Sequence record: LR535910.1
DNA: 64,000 bases
Reading direction: 5' to 3' (one strand)
A model generated the notes under the pieces. The model had not been told where the DNA came from and made no database searches. It saw only the letters and a program-made list of their open reading frames with translations. Position numbers and translations under genes: made by a program. Numbering within the stretch: position 1 is the stretch's first letter; the number at the start of each line of letters is the position of its first letter. Positions 8,832 to 18,961 of this stretch are shown here, one piece after another.

Positions 8832-9737
8832 ATGGCACTCGAAAACGCTTACAGCGGTAATCCCTTTAATGCACTTGACCTTACTCGCACCAAGGCAGAC
8901 CTGGAATTAGCCCGTAAACTTAACCAAACTGTCGCACAGTCCGATGAAGTTCATTACGTTGTTGAGACCGCTGATGTAAAACCGTTTCCTTTGCCGATTG
9001 TTATCGGCGACGACGTTTATGTATACGCAGCCACGTTTACCACGCTGGATAAGACCAACGAGCTAAAAATACGAAACCCAGTCGAACACGCATTGCGTCT
9101 CGACCAGGCTCGCTGGGAATTGGTGTGGAAACGGAGTAATGGTAAGCTTGCTGCACTGATGGCACAGATGCCCTACCACCATGAGATTTTCAGCAAATGG
9201 GTGTCGGATGCGATTACCCACACGTTTGCACTTGCTCCATATCAAAGTGGGCAAATCAAAGCGTTGGCTGCATTGTTCTCTGTGGGACAGTTCTATAATC
9301 ACGTCGAAGATGATGTGAAAGCTTTACGTTTGCAGCAGATGCTGGAGCAACAATTAGGCTTACCTGCGGAACTGTTTGAATCAGTGACAGGCCACACAGA
9401 ATATCTTTTCCCGCGTAATATCGCAGAATTCGTCGAAATGGTGCAGGCTGCAGATATCACTCCGCGGGTGCGTGACCTGAGCATTCTGTCTCTGCAGCAG
9501 ATGTTGAATACCAGCTTCTTCGGGGTGAGTTATGAAAAACAACTCGCTACTAGCGCCATCGAATATCCGCCTAGTCTCTTCGTTATGATTAAGGCTTGTC
9601 TGGATAATAACATGTTTAACCGCAGTCGGTTAGGTGGGATTGTGAAGAAGTCAGACACCGCTAAGAAACGCGATAAGTTTGAATTCACCTACAACCTTCT
9701 GATGAATCAAAACACCAAACCACTGAACATCAAGTAA
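8832..9737 (+). CDS. Virion structural protein (phiKZ gp28-like)
   Basis: 301 aa from ATG 8832 (AAGGA SD); divergent from the sheath; first gene of the conserved block leading to the terminase. Confidence 0.7.
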   Translation: MALENAYSGNPFNALDLTRTKADLELARKLNQTVAQSDEVHYVVETADVKPFPLPIVIGDDVYVYAATFTTLDKTNELKIRNPVEHALRLDQARWELVWKRSNGKLAALMAQMPYHHEIFSKWVSDAITHTFALAPYQSGQIKALAALFSVGQFYNHVEDDVKALRLQQMLEQQLGLPAELFESVTGHTEYLFPRNIAEFVEMVQAADITPRVRDLSILSLQQMLNTSFFGVSYEKQLATSAIEYPPSLFVMIKACLDNNMFNRSRLGGIVKKSDTAKKRDKFEFTYNLLMNQNTKPLNIK

Positions 9738-9747
9738 GAGGCCCACT

Positions 9748-12261
9748 ATGGAGAACTGGCTGGTCGCTCACGCCGTTAAAAATGCGTGGCAGCGTCCGTA
9801 CCTCGATGGGGTGTTGAACATTGCGCCTTTTCGATTAACTGAAAAGACCGGAGCGATCGGGTTTTTCAAGCACGGGCGTAATCCGATTCCTTTACCTGGC
9901 GAGGGGTGGTGGCACGCGTTTGTAATTGACAAGCTCCACCTCAACTACGGCAACTTGAGTATCCCTCCTGAGCGCTGGAAGAAACTTACTACGTGTGTAA
10001 ATAACTTCCATGCGTGGATGCAGGTGTACAACGAAGATGGGACAATTATCCCGTCGAACTCTGTGTATTTCTGGCGGACACTCTCTGGTCAGATTTACAT
10101 GGCGATTCCGCAAACGGAACGCTACAAGTGGTTAGACGACACGCCGTGTTATCTACGCATTTATGCTGGTAATGATGGCGGCGAAAACGCTCCTGTTGTT
10201 AAACCGACATTCATCGAACCGTATAATCCGCCGAACCCACAACAGATCCAGATCGTCTTAGACCGTTATAATCTGTTGAAAGGCCAGAAAATCGGCTATG
10301 TCGATTTCTGGGTAAACGGAAAGATGATTGCTGATCCTAAGCCCGCGGATATCAAAGCATGGGATGATGTTGAAATTCGTGTCGACGGCCGCATTCGTCG
10401 TGTAATTGAATACCGTTGTGGGGATTTGCAAACGTTCTACTCAACGCTTGACCAAACACGAAAATACCTGCTGCACATTCCAAAAGGGGATGGTATTTGG
10501 ATTTTCAACAACGACTGTGAAATTCAGTTGTTGTGGAAAGGCGAAGGGCGTTACTACCACCGCCACCGTCATCAGGCCGTGCGTCAATTGACGTGGAACG
10601 ATATATCGATTCCATCGATGCGGATTTCGAAATACCGCACCGCTTTCACTAACCCAATGAATGATATCGACGAACTAACGATTCGTTTATTGATACGTGA
10701 CGATTTCCTTGACCTGAAGCCACTGTATAACTCCACCCACACGCACGACCTCTATCGTCTTAGTGACGAGCAGATCATCGGTGCGATGGTGGGGGCAAAC
10801 TCCAACGTACCAGAGTGGACCGCAGCAGCGCTCGAGGAATCGGCAGCGAATCGGTTAGCGGCAGCCAAACTCCGGAACATCACACGCGATCTCTGCACTG
10901 ATGCGTACGGCTACAATGCCGCCGCACGTTACAGTGCCGACACTCCGCAGCGTCTGGAACTTACATCCGGTGGCTATCGCGGTACTTTGCCCGACTTACT
11001 GGCAACGCTGTCAACTGTATACGAGTACGATGCCGATGGGTTGCTGTTAGAACATCACCGTAATGCAGGCTACGATGTTTACATCCCTCGCAATCCAGAA
11101 GCGCGAATCATCGAGGCTATTGCGGGTGAAGTCTCGGATGCGGTGAAGATCGTTGACAACGCTCCTGACTTTGAAATTGAGCCAGGTTCAAACGTTGGGC
11201 TGTGGATTCGAATGGTCATCGGGGAAGTTCCAACCAACGACTACTACAAAGCCGAGGAAGGAACGGATTATACTCGCGACGGAAATAAAATCACCTGGAC
11301 CGTAGATCGGACACGACGTCACCCGACAGTGATTTACGACGACTTCCATCTGTTCTTCGAAGTGGATGTTAAGGTGTCGGAAGGTCAGATACGTATTCCG
11401 ATTGTAGCACGCAACCAAGACGGGCAGCAGCGCACGCTGTGGCTACCGATGGAAACGGTTGAAGTGTGGTTGAACAACCACCCACTGGTGCACGGTATCG
11501 ATTACCACACCCGCTGGCCGGAAATTGTGGTGGTTTGTAAAGCGTGGATGGCGGACGGGGATACAAATAAAGTCTCAGTGCGTTGTCGTGGCGTGACCGG
11601 TGAACTCCGTATTCCTAAACATGGTTTCGTGTCAAGCGGACTGCTGTCTAATAACAGCCAGTTTGATTGCCGTGACGACAAAGTGATTCGTGTCGTGGGT
11701 GGCGGCTCACTGCTATTGCGTGACGAAGTCGTGTTCCGTGAAGACAACACTGTAGGTGTTGACATCGTGCAAGACGGGTTCCCATACTCGGTCGACGATC
11801 CGACTATTCCGTTGCGGACGCTGGTAAGCGGCGATACGTACGACTTGCGCGACACTGCCCGCGATTTGGACACACGCGTCGAGGCTTACCTGTCTAACTG
11901 GTTCCCGACACCTCCGCCGGTTAACCCGGTACCGTTGCCGTATCTGTATCACCTCTATTCGCCAACCCTGAACAAAATCTTGTGGGACTACTTGCAAGGT
12001 ATTCTGATTCTGCGGGAAGACGATCCGGAGTATCGTATTTCGACATCACAGCTGGATGACATCATGGAGCGTTATAAAGACCTCCTGCCGTTTGACCCGG
12101 CCTATATCGGTTACGATAAAGCGTTTGTGAAACTGCATCCGCATGTGAAGTACGAAACGGTAGAAATCAACGAACTTGGCTTTGCCTTCTTAGACCGCGT
12201 CAATGAACGTTATCTGAATGGCGAAGTGCAGCTTAATCAGTATCTGATAATCAAGGGTTAA
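9748..12261 (+). CDS. Virion structural protein, probably tail/baseplate (phiKZ gp27-like)
   Basis: 837 aa; N-terminal WLVAHAVKNAWQRP pattern and synteny. Confidence 0.7.
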   Translation: MENWLVAHAVKNAWQRPYLDGVLNIAPFRLTEKTGAIGFFKHGRNPIPLPGEGWWHAFVIDKLHLNYGNLSIPPERWKKLTTCVNNFHAWMQVYNEDGTIIPSNSVYFWRTLSGQIYMAIPQTERYKWLDDTPCYLRIYAGNDGGENAPVVKPTFIEPYNPPNPQQIQIVLDRYNLLKGQKIGYVDFWVNGKMIADPKPADIKAWDDVEIRVDGRIRRVIEYRCGDLQTFYSTLDQTRKYLLHIPKGDGIWIFNNDCEIQLLWKGEGRYYHRHRHQAVRQLTWNDISIPSMRISKYRTAFTNPMNDIDELTIRLLIRDDFLDLKPLYNSTHTHDLYRLSDEQIIGAMVGANSNVPEWTAAALEESAANRLAAAKLRNITRDLCTDAYGYNAAARYSADTPQRLELTSGGYRGTLPDLLATLSTVYEYDADGLLLEHHRNAGYDVYIPRNPEARIIEAIAGEVSDAVKIVDNAPDFEIEPGSNVGLWIRMVIGEVPTNDYYKAEEGTDYTRDGNKITWTVDRTRRHPTVIYDDFHLFFEVDVKVSEGQIRIPIVARNQDGQQRTLWLPMETVEVWLNNHPLVHGIDYHTRWPEIVVVCKAWMADGDTNKVSVRCRGVTGELRIPKHGFVSSGLLSNNSQFDCRDDKVIRVVGGGSLLLRDEVVFREDNTVGVDIVQDGFPYSVDDPTIPLRTLVSGDTYDLRDTARDLDTRVEAYLSNWFPTPPPVNPVPLPYLYHLYSPTLNKILWDYLQGILILREDDPEYRISTSQLDDIMERYKDLLPFDPAYIGYDKAFVKLHPHVKYETVEINELGFAFLDRVNERYLNGEVQLNQYLIIKG

Positions 12262-12263
12262 TC

Positions 12264-13907
12264 ATGGCGAAGATTGCGTCCAAATTAATCGACAAGGATC
12301 GCGGGTTCGAAGTCTGGGACCCGAGTGAATTGTACGAACCAAACAAACCAACAGGTTACGTACCTAACCCACGTGACCTTATCGTGAACGACATGACCTC
12401 CGGCTTTGACCGCGTGGTTAGCGTAAACTATTCGGTACCGTCGTGGGAAACAGAACCGTTCGGTGGCGTTGGTGTGGCAAACCAAGACGGGCGTCTTAAT
12501 GGTCACTACCCACTACGCTCTGACAGATATCGCGTCTACGTGGACAGCACCAAACTTCCACCGACGATGGTTATCGATGATGCCGTCACTTTCAACGGTC
12601 CCGATATCGACGGTGTGCGTATCCTGCGTGGGTCATCTGTAAACGATGATGCGGAAATCCTGTCTGGTTATTACAAAGACGGGGTTCTGAAAAAGAACTA
12701 TCTGCCGGTGCAGACCATCAGTGCGGCTGACGCAGAAACTGTGGTGAAACAAGCGATTCCTGGGAGCTGTCTGGCTGAAGTCAGTAACGGTGAAGAGTGT
12801 ACTTTCCTGGTTTACTCTGACACCGGTAACGTTGTTCAGATCGCCCACGGTCACATCATCAAGACCAATCTGGTGATGGCGCAAGAGACTCCGTCTCGCA
12901 CTGTGCTAGGTATTAAACTGGTTTCACCGTTCCTGGTAGACGACAATGGTACTACGCTGACGCTGCCGATTAACATCCCGCTGGAATCTATTCCGCTGTG
13001 GTGTGACATCCAGTACAGCGACGGAACCAAACGCCTACCTATCGATGGTTCGCGTGTGAAGTTTAACGGTCTGCGTAACTCTGGTGCACATGACACGTTT
13101 TACATCGCTTCAAATGCCGGTAATGAGTTACCTTGCCAGTTAAGCTATCAGTTGGCTCGCGGTGAAACCTACGGTGGTACTGACATTGTTAAAGATACAA
13201 TTGTCAAAGACTACACCGCTGTAACCGAAACAGTCGATGGTGCTTATTCCATGAAGCTGTTTGTGGTTCCGCGTTGGTTGGATGCGAACCGTGGTTATCG
13301 TCTGTCGTTCCTGCTGTACAACCTGACACGCGGCCAAGTCTACGACGCGACCGCAAACATCCAGTACACCACAGGGACTACATTCGACCCACTGTTGATG
13401 GGTGTGAAACAGCGTCTGAATGTGCAGGTGGATATCAGCAAAGTAAATCCACAATTCCGCGCATTCATCCAGGCGCAGTCTTTCGCCATCACGTTAGTGA
13501 ACCCAGGTAACGAGTTGAATACCAACTTCCTTATCGAATACCTGCCCGATGGGCTGGTCTACGGTAATGAAATTTGGGCGGAGTTCAAATACTCTAACGT
13601 CAACTACTCCACGCTGAACCTTCGTTGTGGTTGTGCCTCTAAAGCCGAGTGGCTTAAAGCGTTGTACGAGCCGATTTATCCGCTCTACGATCGTCGTAAT
13701 GAATCTGAGGCTCCCGAGCCTACACACTTTGAGGTGCATGTCGGTGGTAAGGTTTACACCCACAGCATCGATGAGTGGTTAAATGAGCAAACGGTAGATT
13801 ATCGTATCGCTCTGGACGATTCGTTAGTTATTCGCTGGATTCGTCGCACTCCTACGGATACGCTTAACCTCGCGGCTACGCCAATGCTGGCGCACCACAT
13901 CGAGTAA
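12264..13907 (+). CDS. Virion structural protein, probably tail/baseplate (phiKZ gp26-like)
   Basis: 547 aa, beta-rich, directly before the terminase. Confidence 0.7.
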   Translation: MAKIASKLIDKDRGFEVWDPSELYEPNKPTGYVPNPRDLIVNDMTSGFDRVVSVNYSVPSWETEPFGGVGVANQDGRLNGHYPLRSDRYRVYVDSTKLPPTMVIDDAVTFNGPDIDGVRILRGSSVNDDAEILSGYYKDGVLKKNYLPVQTISAADAETVVKQAIPGSCLAEVSNGEECTFLVYSDTGNVVQIAHGHIIKTNLVMAQETPSRTVLGIKLVSPFLVDDNGTTLTLPINIPLESIPLWCDIQYSDGTKRLPIDGSRVKFNGLRNSGAHDTFYIASNAGNELPCQLSYQLARGETYGGTDIVKDTIVKDYTAVTETVDGAYSMKLFVVPRWLDANRGYRLSFLLYNLTRGQVYDATANIQYTTGTTFDPLLMGVKQRLNVQVDISKVNPQFRAFIQAQSFAITLVNPGNELNTNFLIEYLPDGLVYGNEIWAEFKYSNVNYSTLNLRCGCASKAEWLKALYEPIYPLYDRRNESEAPEPTHFEVHVGGKVYTHSIDEWLNEQTVDYRIALDDSLVIRWIRRTPTDTLNLAATPMLAHHIE

Positions 13908-13915
13908 CAAACCTT

Positions 13916-13943
13916 CCTCCACCCCTTCGGGGGTGGAGGTATG
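13916..13943 (+). promoter_or_regulatory. Strong hairpin without a U-tract, followed by a GTATG late-promoter motif
   Basis: CCTCCACCCC-TTCG-GGGGTGGAGG then TATG (13940-13943), upstream of the terminase SD GGAG. Confidence 0.45.
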
Positions 13944-13951
13944 GAGATTGT

Positions 13952-16063
13952 ATGATACTGCGAAAAAACGATTGGCGACACTATCCGGGGGCGATTGTTG
14001 ACGATGTCACACCAAACGTGCACTTCCTTCAATTCGCCACAACACTACAAGGATTAGGTGTCCAGCATTGGTACGTCCACCTGGCATTACACAATCCCGA
14101 ACTCCGTGGTGTTGATCCGTTTAGCCCGGATTTAACACTCGAACAAAAAGCGATGATTGTTACGGAGTGTGCGGAAAACCCATGGTACTTCTTCCGTGAG
14201 TGTGTCCGGGTCCCTGCGGATGGTGTAAAGAACGGGATGCCGTTTCGTCTAGACCGCGGTAACTTTTCGATGTATTGGATTTTCTTCAACAACATCGACG
14301 CCGCTATCGAGTTTCTCCGTCAGCATGGTAAAACTGTCGGGATGTCCGCATTGCTATTGTGGCTGATGCGCTTCCTGGAGAACTCACGTACGATTCTTAT
14401 CACGAAGGGTCCTGCCCTGCGTGAAGAAACTATCAACAAAATGAAACAACTGCGTAACGCGTTACCGGATTATCTCTGGCCACATCACCCGGACGATCCT
14501 GATAACCGTGAGACATTTGCATGTCTAGCGCAGGGTAACAAACTTATCACCGGCATCGGTCAAAACGATAAGGAAGCTGCGAACGGGGTAGGCCGTGGAC
14601 TCACAGCCGGACGCCTGTTCTCGGATGAAGGACCGTTTACCAACAACATCCACCATATCCTCCCTGCTGCACTAGCATCGGGTACCGCGGCGCGTCGTAT
14701 TAACGAAGCCGAGGGTGTTCCATACGGCAACGTCTTCGCAACAACGCCTGGGGATTTGGCGACAGAAGAAGGCGAGTACATGTACAGCCTGATGACGTCG
14801 GGGATTTCGTGGGATGAACGGTATATCGACATTCCGACTCGTGCACAGCTGATTGACATGATTCGCAAAGGCTCTACTGCGAAGATTCCACGTATCATGT
14901 TCTACGTGAAATACAACCACCGCCAACTCGGTACCACGGACGAAGAACTCGCAGATATGATTGCGAACGCCCCAGGTACACCAGACCAAATCCGCCGTGA
15001 CTTCGGTGGTGAATGGACAACCGGTGGTTACAACAAACCGTTCTCAGGCGATGATGCAAGACGTATGAACGCCTCGCGTATTCGGGCAGCACAGAAAATT
15101 ATCTCTGCTTCCAACTACGTAACGGATTGGTATTACACCGAAGAACAGATGCTGGTTAAAATGCAAGACCGCCACATCATCGGTTTGGATACTTCCGAAG
15201 CCGTGGGACGTGACGCCATTGCCATGTCAATCGTCAACTCTGTCACTGCCGAATATGCCGGCAAGCTCACCGTGAACGAAACAAACGTCATCGGGTTTGC
15301 GATTCACTTAGCAGACTTCATGATCGAATATCCGAACACGGTACTCATTCTGGAACGACGGTCTACCGGCTCCTCGGTAGCAGATGCCATCATACTGCAG
15401 CTGCAATCTAAGGTTCGCGATTTGCATCGTCGTTTGTACGTGAAAGTGACCCAGGATTACTCAAGGAACGATGAACTTTACAAAGAGTTCCATCGTGGCC
15501 CTGTGGGCAGTCCAGAGCGCTTCTGGGACAAATTCCGTAAATACATCGGTTTCTCAACCGACCAGGATAAACGCCGTAAGTTGTATGGTGAAGTATTTAC
15601 CACGGCGTTGCGTCTTTCTGCGGACTTACTGCGGTCAGGCGAATTGATCGACCAAATCCTCGGTCTCGTCGAACGAAACGGGCGCATAGACCACCGTGCA
15701 TCCGGTCACGATGACCTGGTAATATCCTGGCTTCTGGCAATGTGGTTACTTCTGTTCGGCAACAACTTAGGCCACTACGGTATAAGTAACAGCCGACTGA
15801 TGATGCGCAACCGCAATATGCTCGGGGGCATGGCAGGTGAATTCGATGAAGAGGCTGCAGTCGAGGAAGAAGAAAAGCAACAACAACTGATGGGGCAAAT
15901 TGAAACGATGATTAGGCAGAGTCAAGTTGTAGCCGACCCGGTACAACAGCTCATGTACAAGAATCGTATTCAAGCGCTCGTCTCTCAACTCAACACTGAC
16001 GTTCGTAACGTCGCATCGATGGAAAGCTTGAAAGAGCTAATCCAACGACAGAGGATGAAGTGA
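13952..16063 (+). CDS. terL: Terminase large subunit
   Basis: Walker A LRQHGKT, Walker B LFSDEG, RNase H-like nuclease motifs GLDTSEAVGRD, LERRSTG and HDDLVISW; 703 aa. Confidence 0.92.
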   Translation: MILRKNDWRHYPGAIVDDVTPNVHFLQFATTLQGLGVQHWYVHLALHNPELRGVDPFSPDLTLEQKAMIVTECAENPWYFFRECVRVPADGVKNGMPFRLDRGNFSMYWIFFNNIDAAIEFLRQHGKTVGMSALLLWLMRFLENSRTILITKGPALREETINKMKQLRNALPDYLWPHHPDDPDNRETFACLAQGNKLITGIGQNDKEAANGVGRGLTAGRLFSDEGPFTNNIHHILPAALASGTAARRINEAEGVPYGNVFATTPGDLATEEGEYMYSLMTSGISWDERYIDIPTRAQLIDMIRKGSTAKIPRIMFYVKYNHRQLGTTDEELADMIANAPGTPDQIRRDFGGEWTTGGYNKPFSGDDARRMNASRIRAAQKIISASNYVTDWYYTEEQMLVKMQDRHIIGLDTSEAVGRDAIAMSIVNSVTAEYAGKLTVNETNVIGFAIHLADFMIEYPNTVLILERRSTGSSVADAIILQLQSKVRDLHRRLYVKVTQDYSRNDELYKEFHRGPVGSPERFWDKFRKYIGFSTDQDKRRKLYGEVFTTALRLSADLLRSGELIDQILGLVERNGRIDHRASGHDDLVISWLLAMWLLLFGNNLGHYGISNSRLMMRNRNMLGGMAGEFDEEAAVEEEEKQQQLMGQIETMIRQSQVVADPVQQLMYKNRIQALVSQLNTDVRNVASMESLKELIQRQRMK

Positions 16064-16302
16064 TGACTCAACTCTACTACGCAATCGTGCTGGTAATGTG
16101 GATTTGCCTATACTTTGGCTTACGCCACACCATCGAAGTAATACGCATACACGCACAAAGCCACGATGTCTGCACACGCACAATGCGGCTCGGTCAGATT
16201 ATCTGTAGCTTTGGCGTATTGCTTATCGGTGGACTATCGACCGCGGGGCTACACGTTGTGTATACCCTACATCAAGTTGCCGTATCGGGAGCACTCGCCT
16301 GA
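16060..16302 (+). CDS. Small membrane protein (2 predicted TM helices)
   Basis: ATGA overlap with the terL stop; two hydrophobic stretches. Confidence 0.55.
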   Translation: MMTQLYYAIVLVMWICLYFGLRHTIEVIRIHAQSHDVCTRTMRLGQIICSFGVLLIGGLSTAGLHVVYTLHQVAVSGALA

Positions 16303-16314
16303 ATCAACTTTAAC

Positions 16315-16370
16315 TCGAAAAAATACGACGTAGCCACCTCTCCGAAACTGGAGAGGTGGCATTTTATTTT
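16315..16370. terminator. Bidirectional terminator
   Basis: GCCACCTCTCC-GAAACT-GGAGAGGTGGC flanked by A- and T-tracts. Confidence 0.8.
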
Positions 16371-17745
16371 ATTTCTGCAAAGAGCGGATCAAGAAGTACA
16401 ACAGTAACGCATTACGTAAGGCAGCCAGAGCGGCTTCATGACGGATGTGTGTTTCCCGTGCGGCCAGTTTCTCAATCCGTTCACGCAACGATAACACGTA
16501 TGGGTTAGGGGACTTCGAAGCCTGGTACAACGAACGCATACGCAGTAGAACCGTACTCGCATCGTTAAAGTTCAGACGAGAGGTAACAATTTCATCGAAC
16601 GCGTGCGATAGCGTGTCCTCCATGATAGCGTTAATCTCATCACGCTTTTTGCCAAGCGGTAGACTTGCAATATACGCCAGCAAAGTTTTCAGTGCCGCGG
16701 GAGATGCTTTGGGTACTAGCTCCAACACCACTTTTGCTAATTGCTCTTTGTAAAGATTGTTGATATCGTAAGACGCATCGAACAGATTCTGCTTAGCGAT
16801 ATCCAGCGCACCCACTTTGTCACGAATAATCGATTCGCCGTCTAACTCTATACGAGTTGACTGCGTAATCACACGGCTATTATCGCGACGTACTTTGTCC
16901 AGTACCGCGTAATAGTCCTTCACGGTTTGTTTGGTACGGGTGTTCAAGTCGGTGATGAAGCGCAGCACCAAATCCGGCGTATCGAAGCGTTTAACCGCAT
17001 CGTAGTTTGGGTACTCTGGGGAACAGAAGTATTCTGAACGCTCCTGCATGTGCAAGCCCCAGTTACCTAAACGTCGAATATCGAACTTTAACGACAGCAT
17101 TGAATACGCAGCGTCGGCGGCGGCCATGTCGACCGGCTTGGGGAAGAAGTGGTAATATATACTGGAGTAGAATTTGAATTGCAGAAGCGTTACTAACGAT
17201 ACAGCCGCGGTGTGGATTTCACGATCGGCGAATTTCGACATCATTCGATGTAGAGTATACACCGTAGAGAGGTTATACGGATCACCCGCCACTGCCCAGT
17301 CGGTGTTAATCGTGCCCGATTCTTTAATCATCTCGAACAGATAGTCTTCGTCGACTTTCAAGACATCTTCAAAAAAGCGGTTACGGTCAGAATCGTAGAA
17401 ACGAATGGTGTGGACGCCTAATAGATTAGACCCTAGCCACTCCACATTGCCTTCACGTTTAAGGATGTTGTCTACGTGAAGTTGAATTTGCTTTGCAAAA
17501 CGACGATCGATGACGACGTGTTTAAAGCATTCGTCAAACACTTTACGTAATCGGTCATTCTTCATGGCTTCTGCAGCAACCACCAGTCCCATCGGGACGT
17601 AGCCGCCAAAACCATAGTCGTAATACAAGCCCGTAGAATACGTGTCATCGTCGAAGAATGGGTCACGTCCGAATGATTCGACGGCAACCTTCACTCCGGT
17701 ATCACGATAACAACCGGCACTGAAATCATAAACCAATTCAGACAT
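16369..17745 (-). CDS. Conserved virion/head protein with an AxE-ending propeptide
   Basis: 458 aa; GAGG SD; GTATG motif upstream (17783-17787); two N-terminal repeats ending AVE and AAE. Confidence 0.7.
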   Translation of the reverse strand: MSELVYDFSAGCYRDTGVKVAVESFGRDPFFDDDTYSTGLYYDYGFGGYVPMGLVVAAEAMKNDRLRKVFDECFKHVVIDRRFAKQIQLHVDNILKREGNVEWLGSNLLGVHTIRFYDSDRNRFFEDVLKVDEDYLFEMIKESGTINTDWAVAGDPYNLSTVYTLHRMMSKFADREIHTAAVSLVTLLQFKFYSSIYYHFFPKPVDMAAADAAYSMLSLKFDIRRLGNWGLHMQERSEYFCSPEYPNYDAVKRFDTPDLVLRFITDLNTRTKQTVKDYYAVLDKVRRDNSRVITQSTRIELDGESIIRDKVGALDIAKQNLFDASYDINNLYKEQLAKVVLELVPKASPAALKTLLAYIASLPLGKKRDEINAIMEDTLSHAFDEIVTSRLNFNDASTVLLRMRSLYQASKSPNPYVLSLRERIEKLAARETHIRHEAALAALRNALLLYFLIRSLQK

Positions 17746-17760
17746 GGCACTAAACCTCTA

Positions 17761-17785
17761 AAAATTTACGGATATATGTTATCAT
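17761..17785 (+). promoter_or_regulatory. Putative middle promoter
   Basis: AAAATTTAC-N11-ATCAT, an exact match to AAanntTAC. Confidence 0.5.
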
Positions 17786-17817
17786 ACTGAGAGTATACCT
17801 GAAGGAGATTTTACCCA

Positions 17818-18951
17818 ATGATGAACTATGAACGTAAGCACGCGTGGCAAGAAAAGCTACGCACGGGGCAGATACATTCTGCCCAACAAGTGAAGATGTG
17901 GGTGCTGCCGCACGGCGTCATCTGCGAAATGGTCCAGGTCGGGGGATTACCTATTCTTCGAAATGGCAAATACGATTCGATGAACACGGTACTCGCGCGC
18001 TTGCTGGCCGATGCAGGCATAATGGGTACCGTGATTTTATATTCAACCGCAACGATTCCTCAGAACCTTTCTCGCTGGTTAACACATTGGCTTTCCAATG
18101 ACCCTAGCGAGGACGATCCGTGGCTACGTTCGATGACAGTGACAACAATGGGTCAACGGCCGACGAAACCCCTCCCATTCCAGGTCAATGTAATTGAACC
18201 AGCTATTCTGGAAGCGGGTGAAGTGTTTGAAGCAATCAAACATCGATCTCGCGATGTTAGCATCAGTCAGTTTCTTATCGAAGCGAATGATGTGACTTAC
18301 CGGCTGGAGCCTGTACGACGTATGGACGCTCGTATCGTCGACTGCACAGAGTTCGGTTATGTCTTGCGTACACAGGGCAACCATACCTTCCTGGCATCGA
18401 TGCTCTCTCGCCGCGTGCAGGGACAGTTAGCACACTACAAAGTGTCCCCTGCTGACCTCGTCGGTACCGACGTTAAGGTCGAATACACAATGTTTACCGA
18501 AGGGAATCGACTGTGTAATTTTAAGTCTCCGGTAGTCTATCGGAGTAAGGCACTTGATGCCTTAGGCGACCAGAATGTCCCGACATACGATGGCCCCTAT
18601 CCGTTTAAATCGCAAGCATCTGCAAACCGTGCGCTCCTTACGGTAACTCGGTGTAAACGCGCAGCGATCACACGGACCGACGGGGAAATTTATGGTAAGG
18701 ACACTGAGTCTGACGCAAAACTCTTTTCGTTCCGGCGTGGTGTGAAACCTGGATTGTATGCCGCGACGTTTGAAAAGGGGGATGACGTCGAGTTCTGGCA
18801 GTTCGACAGCGATTTTGCAGTAGATGCGATTGACCCAGATGCGTTAGTGAGTGTCATCACAGACCAAATCTTTTACGCGACGGGTATGAGCCTGCTGGAA
18901 ATCTTTTTAATGTACGATGCCAGATTACCTTCACAGTCAGTCAAAACGTAA
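17818..18951 (+). CDS. Hypothetical protein with a degenerate ATP-dependent DNA ligase-like (NTase + OB) signature
   Basis: 377 aa; AAGGAG SD; LRNGK, GTVILY, YRLEP and LVGTDVKVEY...FKSPVVYRS resemble ligase motifs, but KxDG is absent. Confidence 0.5.
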   Translation: MMNYERKHAWQEKLRTGQIHSAQQVKMWVLPHGVICEMVQVGGLPILRNGKYDSMNTVLARLLADAGIMGTVILYSTATIPQNLSRWLTHWLSNDPSEDDPWLRSMTVTTMGQRPTKPLPFQVNVIEPAILEAGEVFEAIKHRSRDVSISQFLIEANDVTYRLEPVRRMDARIVDCTEFGYVLRTQGNHTFLASMLSRRVQGQLAHYKVSPADLVGTDVKVEYTMFTEGNRLCNFKSPVVYRSKALDALGDQNVPTYDGPYPFKSQASANRALLTVTRCKRAAITRTDGEIYGKDTESDAKLFSFRRGVKPGLYAATFEKGDDVEFWQFDSDFAVDAIDPDALVSVITDQIFYATGMSLLEIFLMYDARLPSQSVKT

Positions 18952-18961
18952 GGAGCCTCCT

